Assembly: GCA_001724265.1 (NCBI GenBank)
Contig: MEDY01000079.1
Coordinates: forward strand, 1 to 64,000
Length of the DNA stretch: 64,000 nt
Direction of reading: 5' to 3'
From: Rhizaria sp. SCN 62-66
Taxonomy: Eukaryota
Part shown: positions 47,245 through 61,650 of the stretch, piece by piece
Numbering within the stretch: position 1 is the first letter of the stretch
Layout: each line of letters begins with the position of its first letter
Program-made: the position numbers and the translations under genes
The notes under the pieces: model-generated
What the model was told of the DNA's origin: nothing
What the model saw: only the letters and a program-made list of their open reading frames with translations
Databases searched by the model: none

Positions 47245-50200
47245 TTAGCACACAAGCAGTAGGGCCACGAGGAACGCTGCGACGACGAGGCCTGTGGCCG
47301 GCGCGCTGTGTGCGACCGCGGCGGCGTTGGGGTTGGCGGCCAGGTTAATGCAGACGGAGTTGCGACACGCGTTGTGGAGGCAGTCGCTGTCGTCGACGCA
47401 GGGCTGCGCGACCGCACAGGCCGCGCATACGGCGCCGCCGCAGTCGGTGCCGGTCTCGTCGCCGTCGCGCACGCCGTTGTCACACTGTGCGGCGACCGCG
47501 GCGCGCGCGGCGGCCGTCGTCGCAGCCGCAGCGCCCGCGGCGGCGCCCGCGGCGGCGGAGAGCGCGGCCGCAATATGAGACTGCGCGACGGCGAGGCGGT
47601 ACGAGAGCTCCGCGGCGTCGCTATCTGCGGCGGGGCGCAGCTGCACAGTCACGCTCAGCGTGCGGCTGACCGTCGTGCTATCCGCATACATCGCAAAGGC
47701 AGCCGCAGCCGCAGTGGCAGTGGCAGTGGCAGTGGCAGTGGCCGTGGTGGAGACTGAAGGCATGGACTCCAGGGTCTGGCGCGCGACGACGACGCTGGCG
47801 ACTCCCGTGAGCACGGCGTAGGCGGCAACCACGGCGGTCGTCTCGTTGACCGAGAGCAGGCGCTCGCGCTCCCACCGCAGCGTGTGCGTCACCAGCGGCG
47901 TCACGGCCGCGACACTGCTGGCGACAGACGCCGCCTCGGCGCGCTGCGCAGAAGCGACGAGAACACCGCCGGGGCCCGTCGCGCGCATGCGCACGGCGAC
48001 GGTGCGCTCGGCGGCGCGCGCGGCCGCGGGCGGGGCCACGCCGGGACACAGCAGGCGCATCACGGAGGCGGGCAGCACGGCCGCGGCGGCGTAGTACGCC
48101 GGGATCAACGTCTCGTTGACCGCCCTCGTGCCCGAGGCGGTGCTGTGCACGTGCACGGTAAAGACGACGCGCGCGCGGCCGTCGGCGAGCGTCTGCACGG
48201 CCGTGGTGCCGCTATACTGCGCGGCGGCGGCGTCGGCGGTGTCCAGCGAGGCGACGCAGCCGGCGTTGGCAGCGCGCGCGGCGAGCGCGGTGGCGGTCCA
48301 CCCGGCGGGCAGGTCGACCTCGAGCGTGGCCACACCGCCGCCCGCGGGCTGCACCGGCACCGGCACGGGCACCACGGCCAGTGCGGCCCACTCGTCGGCG
48401 CGCGCGGAGAGCACCAGCAGCGGCGCCGCGGGCGACGGCACCGACGGCGCGGCGGCCCCGCTGTCAGTGCCGGCGTCCGAGGCGTCGAGCGCGAGTGCCG
48501 CGATGGCGGGCAGCTGCAGCTCGGGCTCGGCCAGCGTCGCGGCGTACACGGCACCCGCGTTGACGGGGCGGAACACGGCGTGCAGAGGCGCGCGCGCGGC
48601 CGCCGCGGCGGGCATAACGACGCCGTTGCAGATGACACTCAGCGAGGGGATCGTCGTCGCCAACGGAACCATCGCGCCCTCGCGCAATGTCACCACCAGC
48701 ACCGCTGGCACAGCGGTCTGGCTGAGCGCGGTCAGAGCCGCGGGAACGTTGAGCAGAGCCAGGGAGTACCAGGCGTCCTCTGTGCCGGGTGTCACGACGT
48801 CCCACACAGCCGTGGCCGTGGCGGCGCCCGACCGGCCCACGCGCGGCGCCGCAACGCCGTTGACCGAGCACGTCGCGGTGGCGGGAAACTGCAGCCCGGC
48901 GGGGGAGATGGCGACCTCGAGCGCGTCGCCGTCCTGCCAGGCGCGGTAGCTGTTGAGCAGCGAGGCCGCGCGCAGCGTGATGCGCGACGCCACGGCGGGC
49001 GCCGCCAGCGTCAGCGCCACGCTGCTGCCGGACATTGCGCGCGGAGAGACAGCGGGCGCAGTGGCGAGCGCGCGGTACACGACCACGGCGGTGGGCGCGG
49101 CCGTGGCGCCGGCGATGGTACCGTCCCATCTGGTCGTTGTCGTCGTCGACGACAACGACGGCGAAGATGAAGACGATGACGAGTCCGTGGCGGTGGCGTT
49201 CGCCCACGCGGAGAGCGCGAGCAACCGCAGGACGCTGCTCGACGAGCTGCTGCTCTCGCTGGCCGGCACCGCTGCGGAGGTGAGTGGGGAGAGCGCGGGG
49301 TAGAGGATATTGCGGCACGACATCGCGCCCGAGAACGCGGTCTCAACAGTCAGGCGGACCGCGAAGATCTCGCAGTTCGTGGATTCGCTAGTGAGCCCCT
49401 CGGCCGCGGCGAATTCGGCCGTGGGCGTGTAACGCTCGAGCGTGAGCCACGGCGTCGCGACGCCGCTCGCGGGCGTGACAGCGCAGGCCGCGACGCCGCG
49501 CACAAGGTCCGCCGACGCGGGCAGCGTGAAGACGAGCACGGAACCCGCCGAGAGAGTCACCGCGGGCGCCGCCGTTAGCAGCGAGGAGCGCGTGGCGGCG
49601 CGCGTCACAGACAGCGGACCCGCGGCGCCCGTGGTTGCAGACGTCGCGTAGACGAAGTCGCTCTGCACGGCCGCCACGGGCACGGGCGCAAGCGGGACGC
49701 TGGTGTACGAGATGAGCGTTCCGTCGTCCTTGTCGAACAAGCGTGCCACAATCGCCGGCGCGCCCGCAACGCCCGCCGCGGCCGCGAAGAAGAAGGGCCC
49801 GCACGAGAACACATGGTTTGAGGCCGTCATGGACAGGTACGGCGCCTCCAGCAACACGTCGAGCCGCGAGACCGTGACGCCGGCCGTTGCAGCCTCCGTC
49901 GCGGAGAGCGCGGCGCCCTCGCTCGCGGTCCAGGGGTCGCCCGCGGCCGTAGCGGGCGCGGCCCCGCGCAGGACGACGCCCGTGACGTCGCTGGCGTCGT
50001 CCTCATCGCCCCAGGCCGGGCGCAAGGCGGCGCGGCAGGTGACGGGGCTGCCGACGGTGCGCGTGCCCGTGGGCAGCTGCAGCTGCAGCACGCCGACGAT
50101 GGAGCTCGAGAAAGAGCCCACGCGCCAATGCAAGTAGGCGCTGGCGGCGCCGGGAGTCGCGGACACGAGCGCGTCGGTGGTGCGGATGGCCAGCGCGGTC

Positions 50201-52490
50201 GCGAGCGTAAAGTTGCCGCCCGTAGCAACGACGCCGGGCACCGAGGGCGCGCGCACGCCGCGCACAGAGTCGAGCTCCACGACCGCACTGCTGCTGTTGC
50301 TGTTGCTGCTGGTGAGTCCGGCGAAGGCGAGCGCGTAGATCGGCCGAGCGCGGCGCAAGCTCTGCGCGATGACGGGGCAGCGCACGTCGAGCGAGGCGAG
50401 TCCGGCCGCGGGCAGCGTGGGCAGCGTGACCGTGAGCACCGCGCGGTCCAGCGCGGCCGTCGCGCCAGCCACCGCGGCCGCGGGCCCCACTAGCAGGCAC
50501 GGTCCCGCGGCCAGCGCGATCTGCCCCGACGCGTAGCGCAGCGCGGTGCCGCCGGTCTCGTCGGTGAGCGTGATGACGTACCCGCCCGCGGCAAAGCGCG
50601 TGGCGTTGGCGGGCGGGCGCGGGCCGGGGACCAGTGTCGCGCGCATGACCGTGGGCGTGCCGAGCACGGGCACCTGCAGCTCCAGTTCCGCGCGCGTCTG
50701 CCCCAGCGCCGTGGCGGCGCGCACGGGCACGGCGACCGCAAGCGGAGGCACGTCCACGACTGTCATCTCGCCCAGGCCGGAGATGCTCGCAGTGACCGGG
50801 AGCGAGACGCCGCTGGCGGGCGCCGCGTCGACGCGCAGGGCGCACGCGAGCGTGAACCGCGGCTGCTCGGCGGCGCTCAGAGCGAGGTCAAACTGCAGAT
50901 AACGACCGCTGACGTAGACGAAGAGCGTGCGCATGGAATCGCCGTTGACGACGCACGCGACCTCGCCGCCACTGGGCGCAGACAAACTCAGCCCGGCTCC
51001 TGCATCCCACTGCAGCGCGAGAGAAAAGCCAAGTCGGTCGTCCTCGTCCACAATGAAGTCGAGCTCGATGGCCAACGTCACGTCGCTGACCCACCCCGCG
51101 GCTCCGGCAAAGGCAACCGCGAGCGCGGGCAGCGCGGGGGGCCGCACGGGCACCGCGGGCAAGTACGCCAGCGCGACGGCGTTGGCCGCGGACCACGGGG
51201 AGACGTACAGCAGCAGCGCCTGTGGGCGGAAGACGCCCGCGCGCACTGTCAGCGCGGCAACGTCCCCGCCGGCCGCGGTAAACGCCGCGGCTGCGCGGTC
51301 GTAGACGGTCGACACCGCGCGCAGCCCGGGGCAGAGCAGCGTGGCCAGCGTGCTGGCGTTAGCGGCGCGGACCTGCGCCACTGTGGGCAGCCCGGCGGGG
51401 AAGATGCGCGTAAACCGCGCGCCCGCAACCGAGGTCGAATCATCATCCTCGGAAAAGCTCTCGCGCGTCACCGTGAAGGGCGCGCCGCCCAGCGCAGTCG
51501 CGGTGCACGCGTTGGCCGCGTTGGCGCGCACTTGAAACGTGGTGAAGTAGCCCTCCACGGCGAACAGGTCCGTCGACTAGAGCAGCGCGAGCAGCTCGGC
51601 GAGCGCGGCGTCGTCGGCGGGCGCGGCCAGTTCCAGCGGCCTGTCCTCGCTGCTACCGAAAGGAGTCTCGGCCGCCTTGGGCTCGCCGCGCAACAGACCG
51701 GCGAGCGGGTACGGCGCGGGCAGCGGCGAGGTTGCGATGGCGCCTGAGAAGAGCACTTTGAACGCCGCGGGCGCCGCGAAGGGGTGCAGCTCGGCGAGGT
51801 CGAAGTAGTTGCCGTCCTCGTCGGGCCAGTGGTCCGCGCTCTGCGTGTCGTAGGCGGTGACGCGCGCGAACGTGCCTTCGGGCAGCGAGGTTGCGCCCGC
51901 GCCGACGTTGCTCATGCGCACTTTGAAGACGTCGCCTTCGTAGTACACGGCGCCGGACTGTGGGATGATGCACCACACGCCACCCTGCGCAGAGATGGTA
52001 TCAGACTCAGAGCCCGCGGCTTGCTCGGGGCTGCTGAACGCGTAGAAACTGCCCATGGGGAAGCGCGTGGTGACGTCGCCAGAGACGGGGTCCGTGAACT
52101 GCATCTCCATCGACGAAAACGACATCGACCACGGGGACACGCCAGGCAGCTCCAAGCACAGCTCGTGTGATGACAAGCCAAAGGTCACCCCGACGGGGAT
52201 GGGCACCGTCAAAGTCACCCAGCCCAGCCAGTTGGTGCGGAGTGAGTGTGACAAGGACGCGCCATCAATAACATCTGTTGGCGTTCCGGAGGCCCATACC
52301 TTCGCAATTCCACCGAATAAAAAAAGAAGCACACTTATATTAGCAGATTCCACGAAGATAGCGTCATATTGGATGATGAATGTGATGAGAAGGCGATATT
52401 CTTGGAGGGGCAAGCGGTTGAACGACGTACCTGATGAAGTTGGACGAGCAGGGCGCATAACACCGCGCACAAGAGCAGAGATTTCCGCAT
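47245..52490 (-). CDS. Large secreted, putatively GPI-anchored surface protein (~1704 aa if the internal TAG at 51577-51579 is decoded)
   Basis: Exon 52490-52431 (MRKSLLLCAVLCALLVQLHQ), intron 52430-52300 (GTACGT...AAG), exon 52299-47245; the join completes a signal peptide ending VWA|SG. The C-terminus has CDNGVRDGDETGTDCGG..C..C and a hydrophobic tail (TGLVVAAFLVALLLVC). Track ORFs 51577..52470 and 47245..51558 are the same frame, separated only by one TAG. Stop TAA. Confidence 0.75.
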
Positions 52491-53117
52491 TGTCGGATAC
52501 TTGCGGTGTTTTTGAGTCGAAAAACCGACAATTAGAGGGGAAACGCCGTTGTCCACGCCTGTAATCGTGCTAGAAGTTACGGCAAGGTGGACTGGGTGGG
52601 TAAACGTTGTGGCCTCACAGAGTTGAGCCCGTTTGCCACAAAGACCCACTTTTCCAGAAATGTCAAAATACGAGCAAAATGAAAACAATTATGAGTATTA
52701 CATACTAATAAAGCATTGTAAATGATGATCAGAGTCTGTCGGAACACGAGTTCGCGCAAAAGTGGTCTGCTTCTCGGCCCGAAGTGACGGCTACGCAATC
52801 GAAGAGTGACTGTGGGGATGCTCTCGATATGGTATACGCACAGCAGATGTTGATCGAATTGGGTGTGCACTTGGAGTTGTATTATAACGCCACTAATATA
52901 CATATATCGCGGCGTTAAAATGGTTATAATCATTATGTGGACTCGCAGCGCAACATTTGCGCTGAAAGTCACGCTGGAGGGGTGAGTGATCAATGACGCA
53001 AAAGCGCGTCCTGGCCAGTTTAGGTCATCCAAAACGACACAAGTTAGCGCGTCTACTGTTTTCAGGATCCACGCATGTATAAGAAATCATATTTTGCCGC
53101 AGCGAAAGTCTTCGCGC

Positions 53118-55579
53118 TCACTTGTTCTCGGGGTCGAGCTCGCGCGGAAAGATCTTGGCGAGATGCTTCTTGTTGACCTTGCCCATGGCATTGCGTGGGA
53201 TTTGGTCGCAGAGCCACAGCGCGCGTGGCAGCTTGTACCGCGCCATCCGTGGCGCAGCCCATTCGCGCAGCGCGGCCAGGTCCAGCGGTTCCGTGCCCGC
53301 GGCTGCGGCGTCGTGATTGGGCACCACGACAGCCGCGATGGTTTGCCCATACGCGTCAGACGGCAAACCGAGCACTGCGACCTCGCGGATGCCCGGATGC
53401 TCCAGGAGCGTGCGCTCCACGTCGAGCGCGGAGACTTTGAAGCCGGAGACCTTGAGGATGTCCACGGACGCGCGGCCCAGAATGCGCCACACGCCGCCGC
53501 GCGAGACAGACACCACGTCGCCAGTCAGAAACCACGGCTCGCTCTCCTTGGCGCCGGAACTCGTGGGCTCGGGTGCGGACTCGAAGGCCTCGGCCGTGGC
53601 ATCGTCGCGGCGCCAGTAGGCGCGGAACACCGAGGGCCCGCGCACCAGCAGCTCGCCGGGCCCCCACGCTACCGGGTCCGCGTCATCCTCTTCCTTCGCA
53701 TCAACCTCAGCGCTCTTGTTGCCGCTAAGGGTGTGTGCGTCGGTCGCTTTCTTACCTGCGCTCTCTACGTCGGCGTCGGCGTCGGCGGAGATGCGGATGC
53801 GGACCTGTACGCCGGGAAACGGCTTGCCGACGGCGCCGGGCACGCGCTTTGCGGGATCTAAGGGGTTCGTGAGCGCCATGCCGATCTCGGTCATGCCGTA
53901 GCGCTCGAGCAGCGTGTGTCCCGAGAGCGCGCGCCACCGCGCGAGCGTGGTCGCCGGCAGCGCCATCGAGCCCGACACCATCAGCCGCAGCGGCGCACAC
54001 GCGGCCGTCGCGGCGGCGGGCGCAGCGGGGGCTGAGCGCACGAGGTGATCGTAGATGGTCGGCACCGCCATGAACAGAGTCTGCCGGCCGAACACAGCAT
54101 CGCGCTCCGCAGCCGTCACCGCAGACTTCACTGCAGACCGAGCCTGATCCTGCGCATCAGCCTGACTCGGACTCTGAGCTGGACTCTGACTGAGAGAGTT
54201 TGCGGCGTGCGTCCAGGCGTCCCACTGCGCGGCGGGGTCGAACCCTGAGCGCGCCTTGGGCAGGAAGTTAAGCCGCGCGCCGACCCAGAGCGCGGTGCAC
54301 ACGACGTTGGCAAAGCCGTGGACGTGGTGCAGCGGGAGCACGTTGGTGATGCAGTCCGCGGGGCGCCACCCCCACGCGGCGACCTGGCCCGTGACTTGCG
54401 AGAGGAGCGCCGAGTGGCGCACACGCACACCCTTGGGGCGGCCGGTGGTGCCAGAGGTGTAGATAAACACGGCGTCCAGCGCCGCGGAGGGAACGGAAAA
54501 CGGCAGGGAGGACGCGTGCGGGGACGGAGATGACGCAGGGGCGGCGCTGGCGGCGGGGGCCGGGCGCGCGACGAGGGTGTCCACTATGATAAGCAAGAGT
54601 TTAAGAGAGAACACAATAGAGATAAGATAAAACACGCAAATTATGGATCGAAATACATATAAACAAGAATATTATACGTAAATACGTCGCAAAGGCGCAA
54701 CATTCATAGCGAAAAATGCTGAAACACGCGATATTCACTAACAATATGATTTCATTGTTGTGTCCGACGTACATGAGCCAGACTTGAGCTGACGGGCACA
54801 CTCGGCGACTGCGGCCTCCGCGCCGGGCCCGGGGGCGTACTCGGGCATCACATACACGCGCGCCGCCGCGTCTGCGGGCGCTGTCGCCGCCGCCTGTGAG
54901 CAGGGCGAGAGCGCCGGCGCGAGCTCTGCTGCGCGCTCGGCGAGCGAGGCCGTGGACACGATGCCGACGACCTGCGCGTTCTCCGCGATGTACTGCATCT
55001 CGGGCAGTGGGTGCGCGGGGTGCAGCGGCACGGCAACGCAGCCCAGCGACCAGACCGCCAGCGTCGCCACCACGTACTCGAACGACGGCTCCGCCAGCAC
55101 GGCCAGCTTGGGCTGCTCGCCGCCTTCCTCGGCGACGCTGGCGGCCACGCTGTCGGCGAGCCCGAAGCGCGCCTTGAGCTCGCCGCGCAGGGCAACGACG
55201 ACGGAAAGCAGGTCCGCGTAGGTAAAGACGCGGCCGTCGCTGGAGATGGCAGGCGTGGTGCCGTGGCCTGCGATGCGCTCGAAGATTGAGTCTTGCGCCA
55301 GCGCGTTCGGGGGCCCGCTCACGATCGGCGAGTAGAACACGCCGGGCTGCGTCAGAGACGCAAAAAAGTCGGCATTCACCGCCTTGGTCGTTGAGAACTA
55401 ACGCAGAAGGTCGGGTGCAGTGAAGGCAGACGTCCTGGTCGCCAAGCGAGCGGTGGGAGTCGAGAGGGTCGCTGCAGGACAGGCCTCGCAAGGTTCGAAT
55501 GCAACGCTGCGCTCAAAGTCGAAGCTGTAGAGCTCTTAATAACAGAGCGTATAAATAAAGACGTTGCACGTAAAGACAT
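53118..55579 (-). CDS. Acyl-CoA synthetase, ACSF3/malonyl-CoA synthetase-like (ANL superfamily), with a probable mitochondrial presequence; 5' structure uncertain
   Basis: Motifs YTSGTTGRPKG, LPLHHVHG, LLERYGMTE, WFLTGD, GRASVDILKVSGFKVSALDVE and PRNAMGKVNKK. Intron 54772-54584 (GTACGT...ATAG, phase 1). ATG 55579 starts an Arg/Ser/Leu-rich leader in a different frame from the body; the body frame contains TAG at 55400-55398. Stop TGA. Confidence 0.88.
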
Positions 55580-55899
55580 CTTAAAATATGCGGCGTCAAC
55601 GAGCCTTTGGTGTCGAACAACACTTTTTTAAACGCAACAGATGAAGGGGTTGCCACGCCAAAAATCTTCGAGGCGGGGGGTCGCGCCAGTCATGAAAAAA
55701 ATTGAAAAGTGTTTGTATGCTAACACAGCTTCAACGAATAAGCTGTAACGCATTTCGCGTATAACTAATGCATGGCAAGCCATTCTTACGAGAATAATAG
55801 TAGACAACATCATCTTGACTGCTGCCGACTGACACAGACTTCTGGATCACAGCATCATCACAACACTCAAGCACCAGCAGCGCTTCGTTCGCCGCACAC

Positions 55900-57852
<1,953 letters not shown>

Positions 57853-58728
57853 TCAAGAGGTATAATTAAGTTTTCGCTGAGAAAACATAAACCCACAATC
57901 GGGCAATGTAACATCAGTGCTGTTGACGGAATATTCGTGTTAATAGACCTTATCAAATGTCGGATACCGATCTCGTCAGTGAGACCACGTCGTCGGGTCT
58001 CCCTTCTCACAACATACTATGCAACAAATATTGTACCACCCAATGATTTGAGCGACTACGCGTGGTTAATTAGAGTTAAACATTACGATTCTATTGCTAC
58101 GCTTTCTAACACAAGATGTTTATGTCTCTGTGGCTATGAGTACTCTCGACTGTGAAGAATATACCACGGCGACTGGCAGCGCTCCTGCAGCCATTGTTGC
58201 GGCAGCCGTCACGGTAGATGTGGGCACGTACAGCTTTAGAGCGCGATGAGGAGAGTCCGTGCGGTCAACCTGCGCCGCGCTAGTGTTGATTGAGCTGTTG
58301 ACAGTGCTGGTAGTCACGTAACGTCACATCGAGATTGTTCAGCTTAAGGGTAATAAAGTGTATATTATCCTCGGTTAACTTGGGAAATTGAAAATATATC
58401 AATAGTGCTACTTGATAGTTCTTATGACGCCTTAAGTGAGGCGTACTGCACGAATCATAGAAGCGACAGAATAAGGTAGTAAGAAGTACACGTACAAAAC
58501 AACATAACAGCCGCGCAGTTGTAACGCAGTATGCACCAATCACAAATTCTAAACGAAAAAACAAACAAACAGGTAAACAGATGACATAACAGCAATTAAA
58601 TGACAGCAATATCAACATTCTCCACAACAAATGTGCACATACTGCTGCTGCAAACAACACACACATGCAGAACAGCACATCGCAGTGTGTAGCGCTCTGG
58701 TTATATGCGCGCTCTGACGTTCACGCGC

Positions 58729-60973
58729 TTACATGAGCTTAATCCACATAATGCGTACGGCCATGCCGAACTCGGAGTACGACAGCGGGCGCCCATAGAT
58801 GCCCATCTCGGCCGCGACGGCCGACAGCAGCTCAAGGCACGCAGCCTGCAGTTGCGCGTCGGTCCACACGCCCAGCCGCGTGAGCTTCCCGCGCGCGCCC
58901 GGCACGCGCTCGACGAGCAGCAGGAACACGCGCGCCAGCTCATCGGTCGTCAGCGACCCGTCGCGGTCGGCGTCGGCCTGCGCGAACACATCGTCGCACG
59001 CGCGCTCGAAGGCCGCCGTGGAGAACTCAGCCGCCAGCGTCTCGGCGGCCAGCCGGCGCGAGAAACACGTCGCCGGGTCCGCGTTGATGTACTGAGCCAG
59101 CGCGCCCTGGACCGCGCCTGAGAAGGTGATCTGCTTCGCGCGCGCGACGAGCTGCAGGTCCGACTGGAACGCCGTCACGCGGCTCAGCACGGCGGCCTGC
59201 CACTGCGGGCGCGCGGCGGCGGCGGCGGCGGCCAGCGCCTGAGCCTGCGCGGCAGCGGCGGCGGCGGCGGCGGCGTCGGCGTGTTTCTTGTTCTCGGCAG
59301 CCACCACGGCCTCGGCGGCGGCAACGCGGCGCTGCGTCTCGCGCGATAACTCGGCCAGAAACACGCGCGCGAGGGCCTGGAAGCCCTCGCCCGACAGCGA
59401 GCCCTCCGCGCTGCCGCCCGCAGCGAGCGCGGCAAAGCACTCGTGGACGGCGGCGGCGCCGACGCGCGAGACGACCTCGACGGCGTCGGCGCCAAGCGCG
59501 AGGAAGTGGCCCGCCGTGTTGTCGCCGCCCAGCGCCACATGGCACAGCGCCTGCAGCGCCGCCGCCGCAGTCAGCGCGGGCGCCGCACCAGCACCGGCCG
59601 AGGCGCCGGCCCCGGCAGAGGCGGCCTGGTGGAACGCAACGGCGCAGTCGGCCTCGAAGGCGGGGGAGGCGAAGAACGCCCGCAGCGCTGCGACACCCGC
59701 GGCGCCCAAGTCCGTCTCTGCGGCGGTGAGGCGCGCGTCGACGAGCGCGTCTGCGGCGCCGTGGCGCGACTGGTGCGCAAGCTTGAGCGCCTCGACGTAG
59801 ACGAGCTTGACGGCGGCGGGGAACTCGTGGCGGGAGAGCGTGCCCGAGCCGTCGGTGTCGAGCAGATGGAACGCGCGCGCGACGATCTCGTCCGTCTGGC
59901 GCGCGAGGCACTCGGCGACATCGAGCCCGGCCACGGCGGCGCCCGCGACGTCGCGCAGCTGCTCCTGGCCCACGAGCGCGAGCGCGCGGCGCAGCTCGGC
60001 CTCGTCGAGGGAGTCCGAGTAGTCGACGTCGACCTGCGTGAAGACAGAGTTGCACTGGTTCGAGAAGTCGAACGAGTTGAAGAACGCGGCAAGACGGTTG
60101 GCGGCCGCAAAACCGGCCAGCGAGGCGTACACGGCGATGGCGTCGCCGACGATGACCTCGGCGGACGTGGGCAGGGCCGAAAGCGTCACGGTCTCGAGCC
60201 AGATGAGGCGGACGGCGGAAACGAACTCGGCCGCGTCCAGCACTCCGTCGCGGTTGCCGTCGAGGATGTCGAACACGCGCGTGGCCAGGTCAGACACCAG
60301 CGCCTGCTTCTGGATTGCGGCAAGCGCGACAGCGTCGGCCATGCCGTCGACGACGAGGCGGAAGGCCTCGGGCAGCTCGTTGCGCTCGATTGTGTTGCTG
60401 TGGTTCGTGTCAACGGTGAGGAAGACCTGCTGGCAGATCGCTAGGAACTCGTCCGACTCCAGGAACGCCTTCACGGAGGCGCACTTCTCCTCACCAACAG
60501 CGGCCTAAGGGCGCGGGCGATAATATCACCAGTTTACAGGGAGAGGATGCGTGTGCGTGTGTGATGGATGTACATTTTGGATCGGAGCCGTTACAGGACG
60601 CGGAGGCAATCGAGGGAAAGGCGAGAGTGGTGAAAATACAGACTGGTTAAAGGAATTCGAGGCGTTTTGTGTGTGTTATGTGACGTTTCCACACGTGTAC
60701 ATGCGGAATAAGCACGCTGCCAAAGTTATGTCGCGAGATAGATACGCTTTAAAAGAGTATGAGTCATGACTGAGAGGAGCGGCATGCGACACGTTTCGTA
60801 CCTCATACTTACTGAGAAGAGATGTCAGCACCTTCTGAGCTCGGGACTGAGTAGAGAACCAATTGACTAAAAACATATCAAAACAAATATTGTGTACGTG
60901 AGTCATATAGACCAGCAGCAAGATGATTCATACAATTCCTTCGCGTGGGAAGATCTTGCGGCGACGTACCCAT
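58729..60973 (-). CDS. Multi-EF-hand calcium-binding protein (four paired-EF-hand modules), ~614 aa, 3 coding exons
   Basis: Exons 60973-60970 (ATGG), 60866-60802 and 60504-58729, with donors GTACGT and GTACGA. EF loops DTNHSNTIERNE, DGNRDGVLDAAE, DVDYSDSLDEAE, DTDGSGTLSRHE and DADRDGSLTTDE. Stop TAA. Confidence 0.88.
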
Positions 60974-61650
60974 GTTACGATTATCTCCCTGCGAGAAATA
61001 CAAACAAAAACGAAAAAGCAATAAGATAAATGGGTGTTAATGTATCGTCAAGTTCTATACACGCAAATTAAAACGACACCAGCGAGGGGTAACCAAGATA
61101 TCAAAGCAGAAGTGTGGGCCCGAAATAAGTTCGAGAGGATCCAACGCGGTTCCGAAAAATGGCTGGCTGTCGGTTGTTGCCCACCACGACGAAAACTTGA
61201 CTCAAACTTGCTTAAGAATTACTGATAACAGCCAGACCCTGCTTTAAGCATCTGCTTCATTCAAACTACAGATGAAACCTGCCATGTTGTATTATCTATA
61301 TGTATTTCTTCGACTAACCACGCGTCATAGTCGTTGTTTGAGGTCTCTCGGCGGTCAATGCGACGGCTGTGGACGGCTAGTGCCAGAGCGGCAGTAAGAG
61401 GACGGCAGCACGCCAAGAACACCAACAGTACCATTATGCGGGCAATTTTCTGTTACACCGGACATTGGCTTACTCAATTCATTGTTTGAAATCTGTCCAT
61501 GACTCTAAGGTTTGGCTCTAGACTGGCCTGATGTGCACCTTGTGGTTTTCAAAGGCTGATGTGGTAACGACTATTTCTCATTTCTTCTCCTGCTCCTTTT
61601 GTGTCGCTTTCTCTAGGCCGTCGACTTTGCTCTAGACATTCGGCCTGACT

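Noticed and set aside
46589-47251. 220-aa hydrophobic minus-strand ORF downstream of the surface protein
   Set aside because: It lies in T-rich 3' UTR or intergenic sequence, has non-coding-like codon usage and does not start at an ATG.
51577-51579. Pyrrolysine or selenocysteine recoding
   Set aside because: Selenocysteine uses UGA. Pyrrolysine is known only from prokaryotes, no pyl genes are in the window, and the contexts are not catalytic sites.
60960-60973. N-myristoylation (MG-) of the EF-hand protein
   Set aside because: The genomic ATGGGT suggests Met-Gly, but splicing at the GTACGT donor yields MVNWFS, so Gly2 is absent in my model.
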